This document shows, piece after piece, positions 26,523 to 38,137 of a stretch of 54,083 nucleotides of DNA. Below the pieces are notes generated by a model that made no database searches, was not told where the DNA came from, and saw nothing but the letters and a program-made list of their open reading frames with translations. Position 1 is the first letter of the stretch; each line of letters begins with the position of its first letter. The translations under genes and the position numbers were made by a program. Source of the DNA: Girardia tigrina (taxonomy: Eukaryota); the NCBI GenBank assembly GCA_001938485.1, contig MQRK01210159.1:17752-71834 (forward strand), given 5' to 3'.

Positions 26523-27699
26523 TTCGAGATCTTTGAATCTATGACTTTTTTTAAAAATGGCTGTTGAACTTCGGCTTTAAAAAAATCATTTAATAATGAA
26601 ATGACTGACAACTAACTCTGATGAGCTAGCCAATAAGAGCGAGTCATTCGATATTTTTATTTATTCTATCATTCTTGTTTAATTGATTAATTTTAATGAT
26701 TAGAATTCTGTATCAATTTGAATTCAGAATGATAACTGTGAGAAGTGGTTGCAACCTCAATATCAGGATTCATTTTTTTAACACCAAAATTTATTACTAT
26801 AACAAAAATTCACACATTTAAACAAATTTTTCTGTTAATTTAATTTTCCCGCNNNNNNNNNNNNNNNNNNNNNNNNNNNNNNNNNNNNNNNNNNNNNNNN
26901 NNNNNNNNNNNNNNNNNNNNNNNNNNNNNNNNNNNNNNNNNNNNNNNNNNNNNNNNNNNNNNNNNNNNNNNNNNNNNNNNNNNNNNNNNNNNNNNNNNNN
27001 NNNNNNNNNNNNNNNNNNNNNNNNNNNNNNNNNNNNNNNNNNNNNNNNNNNNNNNNNNNNNNNNNNNNNNNNNNNNNNNNNNNNNNNNNNNNNNNNNNNN
27101 NNNNNNNNNNNNNNNNNNNNNNNNNNNNNNNNNNNNNNNNNNNNNNNNNNNNNNNNNNNNNNNNNNTAATTTTTGAAATATTTTTAAAAAACACATTAAA
27201 AACATATTTTATTTTTAAGTACGTATTTGATTTTTTTAATAGTTGTTTTATTATATCCTTTTTTAATTTTTTTTAAATATTTAATGCGCATATTAAAATT
27301 AAAATATTTTTACTTTTAAATTAAAAAAATAATAAATTATTCTGGCGAGATGTAAATTTAAATTAACCCCTCATAATAACAATTATTCTTAATTTAAAAA
27401 TAATTATTTTTTATTTATTTAATTGATTTTTATTTATTTCATTATACATATTTATTAGAAATTTATAAGCAGCATTTCAATGGTGATAACAATAAATAAT
27501 TCAATGATTTGTTATTCAAAGTATCACAAAATAAATAATTTGAATCTTTAAATATTCTGAACAAAACTGATTGATTAATCGTGCGAGAGTGAAAGATCGT
27601 CTTTGGGGAAATAGAAGAGAGGCGACATTCGAAACACAGTGATTATACAATATTTACTGAAACGAACAAGTATTGACTGATTTTATATGGGCGATATCA

Positions 27700-28700
27700 A
27701 GCAGAAGTTATATACAGAATTCCTTTAACTTGCATTTGAAACATTCATTATATTGTATCGAATGACCCACAGAAGCCAAATTTTTAAGGTATTGAACTTT
27801 TAGTTATTGAACTTCCTGTTTATGAAATCGATCGATTGTTTGACATCAAACTGTATCTCATGAACACTGTTATAAGTTTTATTTCTTAGAACATGCTTTA
27901 ACGAGGAGAACAGATAAAAATCAGACGGTGAAATGTCTGGTAAGTATGGAGGCAGAGTGATTCGTGTCAATCTTCTATAATATTTTAGAGAGACTACCGG
28001 GCTACACCTGGTTTAGCATTGTATTGTATAGAGTAAAGAGTTAGATTGTTGCCAGTTAATCTTCGTCTCTCCAGTTGAATATCCAAATGTAGCTGGGTTA
28101 ATTGTTCACAATAGACATCTGCATTTAAGTTTTATTGGATGGTAAAGTCTGTATAGGAATAACTCCTTTGTAATACCAAAACAACGCTAAAAAGGGTTTT
28201 TCTTGTTTTCAACTATGGAGATACGCAAGTAGAGGTAGAATCGCCTTCCCAAACCAGCTTCTGTTAGAATAAGATATGATAGTATTTCAATACATCCAGC
28301 TTTCAATGACCGTTATAAGTCGAAAGAGAAAATTGTTTTCTTGAATTTGTTTTATAGATCACCATTTATCCGTGTTCTAAAGCCTTTGTTGTCATTAATA
28401 AAGTTGTGAGGAAGCCACCTGTTCACTCTGTAACTCATATCCATCGACTTGAGGTGATTCAATTCCGTCTCTTGACAGACACTAATTGTTTCTACTATTG
28501 TTTACTTGTTATATATTGATCTTTTTAATGAATTCTGGATTTTATCATCCAAGTTTATGGATAAACGACCTTCGTGAGGTTTATCTTGAACAGAATTATT
28601 TCCATTCTCAAATCGTTATATTCAAATGTACGTTCGCTTATTAACAATTTCAGCGTCAAGGAGTGTGTTTATTGGGCGAACGTTATAAATTATAACCCAA
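27700..28700 (-). mobile_element. Highly degenerate mariner transposase
   Basis: RWLPHNF (WVPHEL equivalent) and a PPYLPDISPSDF-like YSPDL relic near 27915-27955. Confidence 0.7.
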
Positions 28701-28720
28701 TCAATTATCTAAAACTCTAT

Positions 28721-28765
28721 CTTCAGATTATGAGACTGACGCGCTACCTACTGCGCTATCGAGGC
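28721..28765 (-). pseudogene. 5' 45-nt fragment of elongator tRNA-Met(CAT)
   Basis: GCCTCGATAGCGCAGTAGGTAGCGCGTCAGTCTCATAATCTGAAG; D-arm and anticodon arm intact, T-arm and 3' acceptor strand missing. Confidence 0.85.
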
Positions 28766-29657
28766 TTGAAAATATTTACATGTTCTTTGGAAATCAAGTA
28801 ATTTGCTGTGCAGGTTCTTGAAGATGAAAAAGAGAAATAATGTTTAATGAGAGAAATGATATTTCGTGAAACGAATGATTAAAATTGAAGAATAAAATTG
28901 AAGAGAAAAAAGTAAAAACAGAAAAATTAGTTGACTTTAAAAAAACCAAAATGATTTGAAAATTCTTTTAATTTATGTATTACGTAAAAGGAATTTTAAA
29001 ATAGAAAAGTTTAAATATTCTACAATGCTTTAAATTTTATAATTTCTCACGGGAATAATACAGTAATTATGGAGTAGCTTTAGCTATTTTTATGTTATTA
29101 ATGACAAATATTTAATTACAATTTTAAAAGTAAGCTATGCTTTATTCTAACAGAAATATAATGAATGGGTAGAAATAATTTAATTGAAAATCATCAATCA
29201 AAACTTAATGAAAACAGCCAGTAAATTTATATTTTCGTATCAAATTTAATTAATATTCTGCAGTATTGTGATGGAAATGTGAACTGAGTCTCAACATTAG
29301 TAGAAAACAAATATTAATAATATTATCTGAAAGTCTAATGTAAATCTTACAAGATAAATATTTGTTATTTAGTAATTATTTCAATTCATGAAAGTATCCC
29401 AACAAGGTCGGGTCCTTTCCTGGATTATTAAACATAGTATTCAGTTTTTTTTGATGGTCAAATTTTATACACTTAGATAATGTTATCATAAAACAAATTT
29501 TCATAGTCGACATAAAATATTGAATATTAAATGCAAAATAATGTCATATTTATATTCATTTAATAAAATATGAAAATATGAAAACATTGCGCTTTTTTAT
29601 TTTCTTCTGTAGTCCGGTAAGAATATTTGTAGCAACACTCACAATGCTTCTGTTTTA

Positions 29658-29880
29658 TCAGTACAAATGTACTAAAGTATAGTAATGTTCTATTTTATAT
29701 TTTGTTAAAAAAACTGCAATGTAAGCTCGCCGGTTTTCTTGTGATAGAGAATATCGCAAGGATGACAAAACTAATTCATAATTTGAGAAAGAATGTTCCA
29801 CATCAACAGAAGAGATCGGTAGTGTAATGTAAACTTTTGCAAGTGCTGCTAAACAAGGCAATATGTCTTGTAACGCACTC
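29658..29880 (-). mobile_element. hAT dimerisation-domain fragment
   Basis: LAALAKVYITLPISSVDVEHSFS...LSSLRYSLSQEN. Confidence 0.75.
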
Positions 29881-30079
29881 AAAAATGTAGTCATATCAGC
29901 TTGAATTACTTCACAAAATAAAAATATTACATACAATTACTTTTTAAGTTCTATGACTTAATCCAAATATTAATACATGTATAATACATATTAATACGGA
30001 ATCCGCGGCGTGGCGTTTTTTTCTCTAAAAATCATAAATTCCGCGGGCCGTGGTAAATCGAGGGACTTTATAATGAATG

Positions 30080-31440
30080 TCGGGTCAATACAGATAATCT
30101 CGGATCATGGTCATTCACCGCTCGTAAATCAACTTCAATCCATCAAGTCCATCGCACTGCCAAAAATTGTTTCCGACCTCCGCAGCTTCCTAGGAATGCT
30201 TAACTATTGCCTCAGGTACATCCCCAACTGTTCCGCCTTAACGGTAGTCAGTGTAGGAACCAAGAAACAAGTTATTCAATTATCAGACAAACTCAAACAG
30301 ACATTCAAAATGGTCAAAATATATATACTCAAAATATAAATTACTAATATAAGCTTAAGTCTTTTTCAAATATTCCCTTTGAATTCTAACAAATATCTGT
30401 AAATTGTGTAATATGTATATTAATAAGAGTCAGACATCCAAAAAACAAGACTTCCCTTGGTGATTATTATTATTATTATTATGATTATTATTATCATTAC
30501 TGCAAGGCTTATAAAAACTTCAAGCCACATCTGCTGAAATTACTTTACGACGCCAAATACCTTTGTTTAAAGAACCTACACACATCCAGTTTAGCTCCAT
30601 CATTCACAGATCCTTTTAAAATCATCCAACTCTTTTCCCATAACGCCAAATTTCTAAAAGACGAGAAAGAAATAGTTGTCCATCTGTCCTACATCAAACC
30701 AACCTTCAAAGAAAACGACGGATCAATCGAAAAGGCAATCACGCACACTCCATCTCCTCAACACGACAACCTGGACATCCTAACCGACATTCTAGCAACA
30801 CCACTAAAAACACCCGCCACAACAACATACATTTTCCCAAAACAACACCGACACGTACACCATACACTAACCAAACCACGAAAACACAGAACACAAACAC
30901 CCCACAGCTAATGACACTACGACATCGGAACAAACACAATACGACAAATACATTCAGGGTACACTACTCAAAATAAGTAACACGTTTGTCTTCATGATAA
31001 TCCATTCTTATCGTTTTCCTCTCCAGTATACCTTTCATTCCTTTTTTATCGACGGCAATGACCAAAACAACGAAACAACCTACAAAACCCTCTAAATGAC
31101 ACATCAAACATACCACACACAAACATTTCCAACGATCTACACACCATAACTGTCACAAAACAATCACATCACCTCAAACCACCACAATAAAACTATCAAA
31201 CATACACCATACCAACGTAAACTACCACAAAACACCCATCAACCACACAACAAGCAACTCAACCCCAACAAACACAACAAAACAAACACATCAAAATTAC
31301 ATTACCCCACAGGAAAATCCGGATTACAAGCACGTTAACGAACTTTGCAACAACACTGAGAACAACATCACTCCATCACGCACGCAACCATGGTCTTCGA
31401 AATCAGTGGGTTATGTTTTGTACCACTACATTACTTTGTT
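30080..31440 (+). mobile_element. Internally deleted Gypsy pol fragments plus AC-rich 3' region
   Basis: PKIVSDLRSFLGMLNYCLRYIPNCS (RT thumb); LAPSFTDPFKII...VVHLSYIKP (integrase GPY/F). Confidence 0.8.
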
Positions 31441-32149
31441 TTCATTAAAAATTTCATTTTTTTCTATTAGTTGTTTGTTATTCTGTATTTTGTTTTCGTT
31501 TAATTGACTGATTGATCGATTTGGAAAAGTATGTATATTAATAATCAACCAATCTTATTGATATTCGTTATTTAGATTATTTTCGCAATATAAATTCTTT
31601 CTGGTAAATATTTCTTTTGATAAAATATCAAAAATATTCATTATGTTTACTTGATCTAAAGTTTTATGATTTTTTAAAAAAATTTATGAGATTATTGTCC
31701 GTGTTCTAAGAAAGAAACTGGAAGTGCTATTGTTTTAATTAAATACATTTTTGAAAAAATGCGTCAAAGCAACTTAAAATTATCGATCGAAAAAAGGTTG
31801 AACATGGTTATCAATTCACACATGGACCACTCAGGTGGAAATATGGTCTGGGAAATTTATGTTGCCCCATACTTCTGAAAACAGTCACGATAACGACCGT
31901 ATTTATTTTAATAATTATGACATTCTCGATATTAAAAAAATAAATAATTTCCTATAAGTATAAAAGAAGTAATGTTAACTTACAAAAGATTAATTTATCT
32001 ATTCATTGTTCGCAACTTATAATTTATTTATTAGATATTATTATTGTAATAGTAATATCAAGAAGACATATCTTTGAAAAATAACAAACTTGAAGATTAT
32101 TTTATTAATATTTAGTTTCCAAAATGACGATTGACCTAATTTAATTCAG

Positions 32150-32321
32150 CTGACATTGTATTCATCCTAAAAGACAGGCCACATGCAAGATTCTTCAGAG
32201 AAAAACACAATCTTGTTTATAAAACGAAAATAAGACTGGATCAAGCTCTTCTGGGATGTATTGTGGATATTTTTACTTTAGACGATCGTACTTTACATAT
32301 TCCTGTAACTAGTATTGTTCA
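32150..32321 (+). CDS. DNAJB13: DNAJB13 exon 5
   Basis: ADIVFILKDRPHARFFREKHNLVYKTKIRLDQALLGCIVDIFTLDDRTLHIPVTSIV; CAG/GT boundaries. Confidence 0.95.
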
Positions 32322-32469
32322 GTAGGCATATACTTTATTCTAATTATTTATATTATTATTTTAAGTTATTTTAAATTAATAAAACTTTGTTAAGTAAAAT
32401 ATATATGTAGACCCGAAATAAGTAGTTTGGAAATGGAACATATGAAAGCAACTTGATTTCCCCATAATA

Positions 32470-33675
32470 TTAGGCTGATGTAAAAGAAATGTCGTTTTTA
32501 ATGTATTTAATATTCATTGTTTGAAATATTTAGAAAATCATTAATAAATAGATTCATATTTAAACTTACTTTAAAGCTTAAACTTTGCTCTATATTTTGA
32601 TACCAAGTATGACATTATTGTTGTTAATTTAAGGTGTATTTATTTTATTTTAGAAATGTTAGAAAAGAAGGAAATGAGAACAATTTTATTCTACGATTTC
32701 AAACTAGGTCGAAAAGCGACAGAAACGGCTTGGAATATTAACAATGTATTTGGACAACATACCACTAATTTTCGAACAGTACAACGTTGGTTTTCTACGT
32801 GTCGTAGTGGCAACGAGAGCCTTGAAGATGAAGAACACGGTAGTCGACCATCACAAGTTGAGGACGACCATTCAAAGAAGTTAATCAATGCTGATTCGCA
32901 TAAAAATTCACGGGAAGTCGCTCAAGAACTCAACTTTCACCAATCAACAGTTGTTCGCCATCTGAAGAAAATCGGGAATGTGAAAAACCTGGACAAGGGG
33001 GTACCGCACGAATTAAACAAAATCAAAAAAAATCGTCGTTTTAACGTGTGTTCTCTGTTTTTGCGTAATCAAAGTGACGAGTTTCTGTATGGAATTGTAA
33101 CGTGCGATGCAAAATGGATCCTATACGACAACCGGCAACGTTCAGCTCAGTAGTTGGATTTCAATGAGGCTACAAAACCTTTCCTGAAGCTAAAATTACA
33201 CCGAAAATGTCATGGTAACTGTTTGGTGGTGTGCACACGGTTTAATCCATTACAGCTTCCTAAAACAAGGCAAAAAAATTACAGCGGAAAAGTATTGTCA
33301 ACAAATTGGCAAAATGCACAAAGAACTACAAAAAACGGCCGGCATTACTCAATAGAAAGGGGCCAATTCTTCTGCATGACAACACTTGTCCATATGATGC
33401 AAGAAAGACCATGCTGAAATTAAACGATCTGGAATATGAAACTTTGACTCATCCGCCGTACTCACCAGACCTTTCTCCTACAGACTATCACCTTTTCAAA
33501 CATTTCAACCAGTTCCTTCGCGAAAAATACTTCAGAAACCAAGGACTGCTGAAAAAGCCTTGAACGACTTCATCGCTTCCAGAACTCCAGAATTTTATGA
33601 AACTAGAATAAAAAACTTGTTCCCCGTTGGAAACAGTGTGTTCAATGTAATGGTTTTTATTTTGACTAATATAGT
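32470..33675 (+). mobile_element. mariner (cecropia/Hsmar1-like DD34D), inactive
   Basis: TA|TTAGGCTG left TIR; ORF from 32656 with GSRPS, VPHEL, TCDAKW, HDN and YSPDLSPTDY; stops and frameshifts. Confidence 0.93.
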
Positions 33676-34046
33676 TAATTCTAAAATCAACCTATATTAC
33701 ACATTCTCCTATGTATGCTGTATATTTTTTGTATTGTAGATGTTTTTTTTATTTTTTCATGAGTAAAATCTTATAAAAAGAAATTTTTAAAAAAGTAGCA
33801 ATATTTTCTTCGATTACATTTAAAATAAAAGTACAAAGAAATATTTTGTTTAATTTAATATTCTGTGGGAAAACAGCATTTTGAAGATAAATTTATAAAA
33901 TACTTTTATTTCTTAAAAATAATCATATATCAAATCTATTTTGATAAATTCAAGTTTTAGCATGAAAGATTTGAATTAACGGATAACATTAGTATTAATT
34001 AATAATAATAATAGCATATAAAGTTTGGGATAAGTCAGAATTTATG

Positions 34047-35096
34047 GGGACAGGTCGTTTCTCCTCCGACGTTTCTCCTCGTAAAAAAAACTTTGATGTA
34101 ATTTAATACCTCATAATTAAATGATTAAAAAAACTTTAATTATAATACTGTACTTTATCAAATAAAAATTGAAACTGTTCAAATTTTGCCATTGATAGTT
34201 GGAGGCGACTTCAACTGTCGACTTAATCGAACGGAGGAAAACGGAAAGACTGTCGGGTGTTGCACTAGTTCAACAGTAACGCCATTGAATATGGCCTCCC
34301 ACCTCTGTAATGGTATTGAGCCTAAGGCTTTTTAGAGGGTCCACCCAAACTAAAGTCCTTAATGGCCCCCCGATAGGCCTCCTACGGGATCAGTGGCCTT
34401 CCGCCTCTGAGCAGTCGGCTTGCCAGTAACGAACGACCAACCATGGAACTTGGTACCATGGCCGTACATGCCGTTGGTTGTTACGGTAGACGCGTAACAA
34501 CCGCGAAATGGGCACTTGAATTGTCCTCTTGCAGTCTTGTAATCGGGTGGCAGTCGGTATTGTAGGTGCGTCTCTTCGGCATCGTCGTTCGGTTGTATCC
34601 TCGGCATGCTCCCAGTAGCGTCCGGCAACTGAGGATTGGATTGGTTTGATGTCGGCTCTTCCTCGTTCTCTTCTTCCAAGTTTTCTTCTCTCTGGGCGTT
34701 GGATGTTGGCGTTTCTTGATGATTCTTATGAATATGAATCCTTAGGAAACCAGCGGTCTTGTATTCCCTCGGACAGTGTTGACATTGATATTTTCCTTTC
34801 TTCTGACGTGGCTGGGCTTTCTTCTCTCTCTTCTTCTGCAGGATTGACTCTGATCCTTCGTGATCTCTTCTGAGATTCCTGTTTATTTCATTCACTTCAG
34901 CATATTGTTTGTAACAGGTTTTGTAACAGCCATTGAATATAAATTTTTTTGTCACTGTATTAAAATTTTGTAATTCTAAATTCATATTTTTTCATATTAT
35001 ATAAAGATTTCATCCTAGAACATAACAATCAGAAGAGAAACGACGGAGGAGAAATGATCGGAGGAGAAACGGCTGGAAGAGAAATGATACGTACTC
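34047..35096. mobile_element. MULE-like non-autonomous element with subterminal tandem repeats, containing a GC-rich zinc-finger ORF
   Basis: CGTTTCTCCTC repeats at left, GGAGGAGAAAC/T repeats inverted at right; imperfect 9-bp TSD GAATTTATG / GAATTTAAT. Confidence 0.55.
34359..34985 (-). CDS. 208-aa ORF with two C2H2 zinc fingers; probably retroelement-derived or a captured fragment
   Basis: YQCQHCPREYKTAGFLRIHIHKNH and FKCPFRGCYASTVTTNGMYGHGTKFH separated by an acidic linker. Confidence 0.55.
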   Translation of the reverse strand: MNLELQNFNTVTKKFIFNGCYKTCYKQYAEVNEINRNLRRDHEGSESILQKKREKKAQPRQKKGKYQCQHCPREYKTAGFLRIHIHKNHQETPTSNAQREENLEEENEEEPTSNQSNPQLPDATGSMPRIQPNDDAEETHLQYRLPPDYKTARGQFKCPFRGCYASTVTTNGMYGHGTKFHGWSFVTGKPTAQRRKATDPVGGLSGGH

Positions 35097-35889
35097 GAAT
35101 TTAATACTTATTCGAAAATCATACTTATAAGTCAATATTTTGTAACTGAGTATACAATAAATATGCTATGATAACCATAATTCTAGACATAACCTAAAAG
35201 GTTTGCATTACAGTTTTCATATTTAACTGTATTTTGTAATAATTCCTTCATCCTTTCTTTGCTGTCTCACCACTGTTAAATTGCAATACTCCTGTATCCG
35301 AAACGTCAGTAAGGCAAATAACTTTCGTTTAGGTCGTGCTAAAATGTGTTCCTCAGTATTTCTAGATTTCAATAGATACAATTGCGGTACTCCAATAGTT
35401 GAAACAGAAATAAAAAAACTAAAAATATTATGTGATAATAATTAATGAAAATTGCGAATATAAAGACGCTTGTTTAAACGCATAAAGTGTAAATTTAAAA
35501 ATAAAATTATTATAAATGTAAATTGAATATCTTCGCTGCAGTGCTTTCAATCCTTATACTGTATGCTACAAATTTTCTATAGAAAATCATTACTGAAATC
35601 GAATATACCTCTAAGAACATAATAAACAATCTATAATATGATTGACACGATGTAAACAGAATTATTTACAAATTAAATGGAACTTGAAGTCACAAGAAAA
35701 GAACTAGTAATAATTCAATGTTATCAAGTCAAGCTAATGTAAGATAAAGTACTTTTGTGTCCGGAGCATGGAAGGGATCACTAAAGTTCGTGCTAGCAAC
35801 TTCAAAGATCACAAACTACGATTTTGCAGCAAATGAAAGACGATTTCTACATATTCTCTATCACATTACTGTTCATTTTAAAATAAATA

Positions 35890-37476
35890 CAGGGTGACGC
35901 AAAATAAACTCCAAGGTACTTTTCTATTGGATCTTTTTGTCCACCTATTTTTTTATTGGTAAAGTATACATTTTTAGAATCCTGAGCGTCGCCAAATTCT
36001 GATGGTATATAAAAAAATCAAAAAAAACATCAAAAATTAACAAAAATTTTTGAGAGGAAAAATTTAACAAGCGTTTTTTTAAATGAACTTAGAAAGTTTT
36101 ACCCTAAAATTTGATTCAAATGACGTACACGGATCAGCAAAAAGCTCATCTCGTTTTGATGCTTGTTGAGGAAGCCTATGATTATACGCAGCTCAAAACT
36201 CGATTCCGAAGTGAAACAAGAAATGGTCGAGCAAAGATTCCGGAAAAAAAGAGTCATTGTAAAATGGATTGACGATTTTCGAGCGACTGGAAGTGTACAT
36301 GGAAAGCGCGGAAAGAACAAGCCAAACGTGTTCGCACCAAAAAGCCATTGAAGACATCCGTGAAGCCTTTACTGCAAATCCTCATCTATCAACTCGACGC
36401 AATCCATTTGTTTCAACTGGCGACACTGACAGCGAAGACGATCACGGAACAGTTCGTATGTCACAAAGAAGCCTGCAGCGAATTTTGAAAGAAGACTTAC
36501 AGATGCGTCCCTATCATTTGTAAATGGCTCATACCTTGGAGGAGACCGACTATGCCGCTCGAATTGAGTTTGCTCGAACCGAATTGGATCGATTGGATGA
36601 AGATGCAAACAGACTCAACAATCTTCTTTTTACGGATGAAGCCCACTTTCATTTGGACGGAAGCGTCAATCGTCAAGACAAGATCATGTGAGCCGATGAA
36701 AATCCTCATTGGTTTGATGTTCGTCGACTTCATCCTCAAAAATTGACAGTTTGGATTGGAATTAGTGTCGAAGGTGTTGTTGGCCCATACCTTTGGGAGC
36801 GACAAGGAAATGAGCACGGAACCAATGGTCGTTGGATGACTGAATTGTATCAAGAGCACGTTATTCCAGAGCTTCAAACTTGGTCGAATTTCAATTCTCT
36901 CATTGAGCAGCATGACGGCGCTCCGCCACACATTCTTGGAGATTTTCTTGAATTGTTGGATCAACATTTTCCAAATCGATGGATAGGTCGCAGAACACGG
37001 GCGCATCCTGCTCCAGTTACATGGCCAACTCGCTCGCCAGATCTTACAGCATGTGACTATTGGTTGTGGGGCTACATAAAAGGTCGAATTTATCATTGCG
37101 AACAACGTCCAAGCACACTCGAAGAGTTGAGAGCAGCGATTGAAGGAGTTGCAAATGAAATCCGTGGAGACCGCGCACTTCGTGAACGCGTTGTCGCCGA
37201 CTACATACCACGTTTGCATGAATGTTTTCTTAGAGATGGAGGACAAGTTGAAATTCGAAAATTAATTGTTGTTATGCTTTTATGGAATAAAAAGCTTGTT
37301 AAATTTTTCGTCTCAAAATTTTTTTTTAATTTTTCATGTTTTTTTCGATTTTTTTATATACCATCAGAATTTGGCGACGCTCAGGATTCTAAAAATGTAT
37401 ACTTTACCTATAAAAAAGTAGGTGGATAAAAAGATCCAATAGAAAAGTGCCTTGGAGTTTATTTTGCGTCACCCTG
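35890..37476 (+). mobile_element. Full-length rosa/Visitor-type (DD41D family) transposon with about 185-bp TIRs; transposase disrupted
   Basis: TA|CAGGGTGACGCAAAATAAACTCCAAGG...CCTTGGAGTTTATTTTGCGTCACCCTG|TA; ATG 36120; FTDEAHFHL, QHDGAPPH, RWIGR, WPTRSPDLTACDYWLWG. Confidence 0.95.
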
Positions 37477-37640
37477 TATTTATTTATCAAGCAAATTTGA
37501 TTTTTATATGAATCATTTATATAATCCTTGATAATATAAAGTTTATTATTATATAAAATTTATATAACAAAATAAACACAACTAAATCTGTTAAACTTTC
37601 TAAATTTATTAAAGAAATTTTAAGTTTGATACATTTGTAG

Positions 37641-37797
37641 TCCCACTTACACCATGACAGTGAAAGGTGAGGGTATGCCACTGACGGAAGTTGGAGATGA
37701 AAAGGGTGATTTGATAATACGATTTGATATTGTATTCCCAACGTATTTATCAGCAGAACAAAAAGCTCTAATTGAAGAAGGCTTTAACACAAAATAA
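37641..37797 (+). CDS. DNAJB13: DNAJB13 exon 6 (last)
   Basis: HPTYTMTVKGEGMPLTEVGDEKGDLIIRFDIVFPTYLSAEQKALIEEGFNTK*. The six exons sum to 957 nt (318 aa plus stop). Confidence 0.95.
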
Positions 37798-38007
37798 AAA
37801 ATACTTTTATTTTACAAAAATCTGTGATAACAATTGCTTTATAAAACCGACTGTAAATCAATAAATAAAATTACGAATTCTTAAAAACAGTAATGTACCT
37901 ATTTGTATTACAAATATATTACTATTATTACTATTTTTATGACTAATTGGTGTGTATCAAAAATTAAGTTTTGCAAAAATAGCTTTCAAAACAATAACAT
38001 ATTTCTG

Positions 38008-38137
38008 TTAGATTTGTTCAGTTAAAAAACATTTCTTTCGCGCTGTAAACATAACTGATGGAAGTTGACAAGAGTTTCTATAATTCTTTTTCGCGACGTC
38101 ATGATTGACAGCAATCAGAATATTAATTATATCGGAC
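38008..38137 (-). CDS. Caspase-8-like, last exon
   Basis: (K)SDIINILIAVNHDVAKKNYRNSCQLPSVMFTARKKCFLTEQI*; CAG acceptor, phase matches. Confidence 0.9.

Noticed and set aside
26610-26650. CTGATGA GCT...AGC GAG as a hammerhead
   Set aside because: No GAAA box, and no stem I or III.
30739-31300. AC-rich low-complexity ORFs
   Set aside because: Strand-biased Gypsy 3' region, mirrored at 21660-21960.
32641-32665. SETMAR-like DNAJB13-mariner fusion via the TTTTAG acceptor before the mariner ATG
   Set aside because: Exon 5 ends in phase 2; both nearby AGs need phase 1 to reach the transposase frame.
36497-37246. 249-aa minus-strand ORF
   Set aside because: Antisense shadow of the rosa-type transposase.
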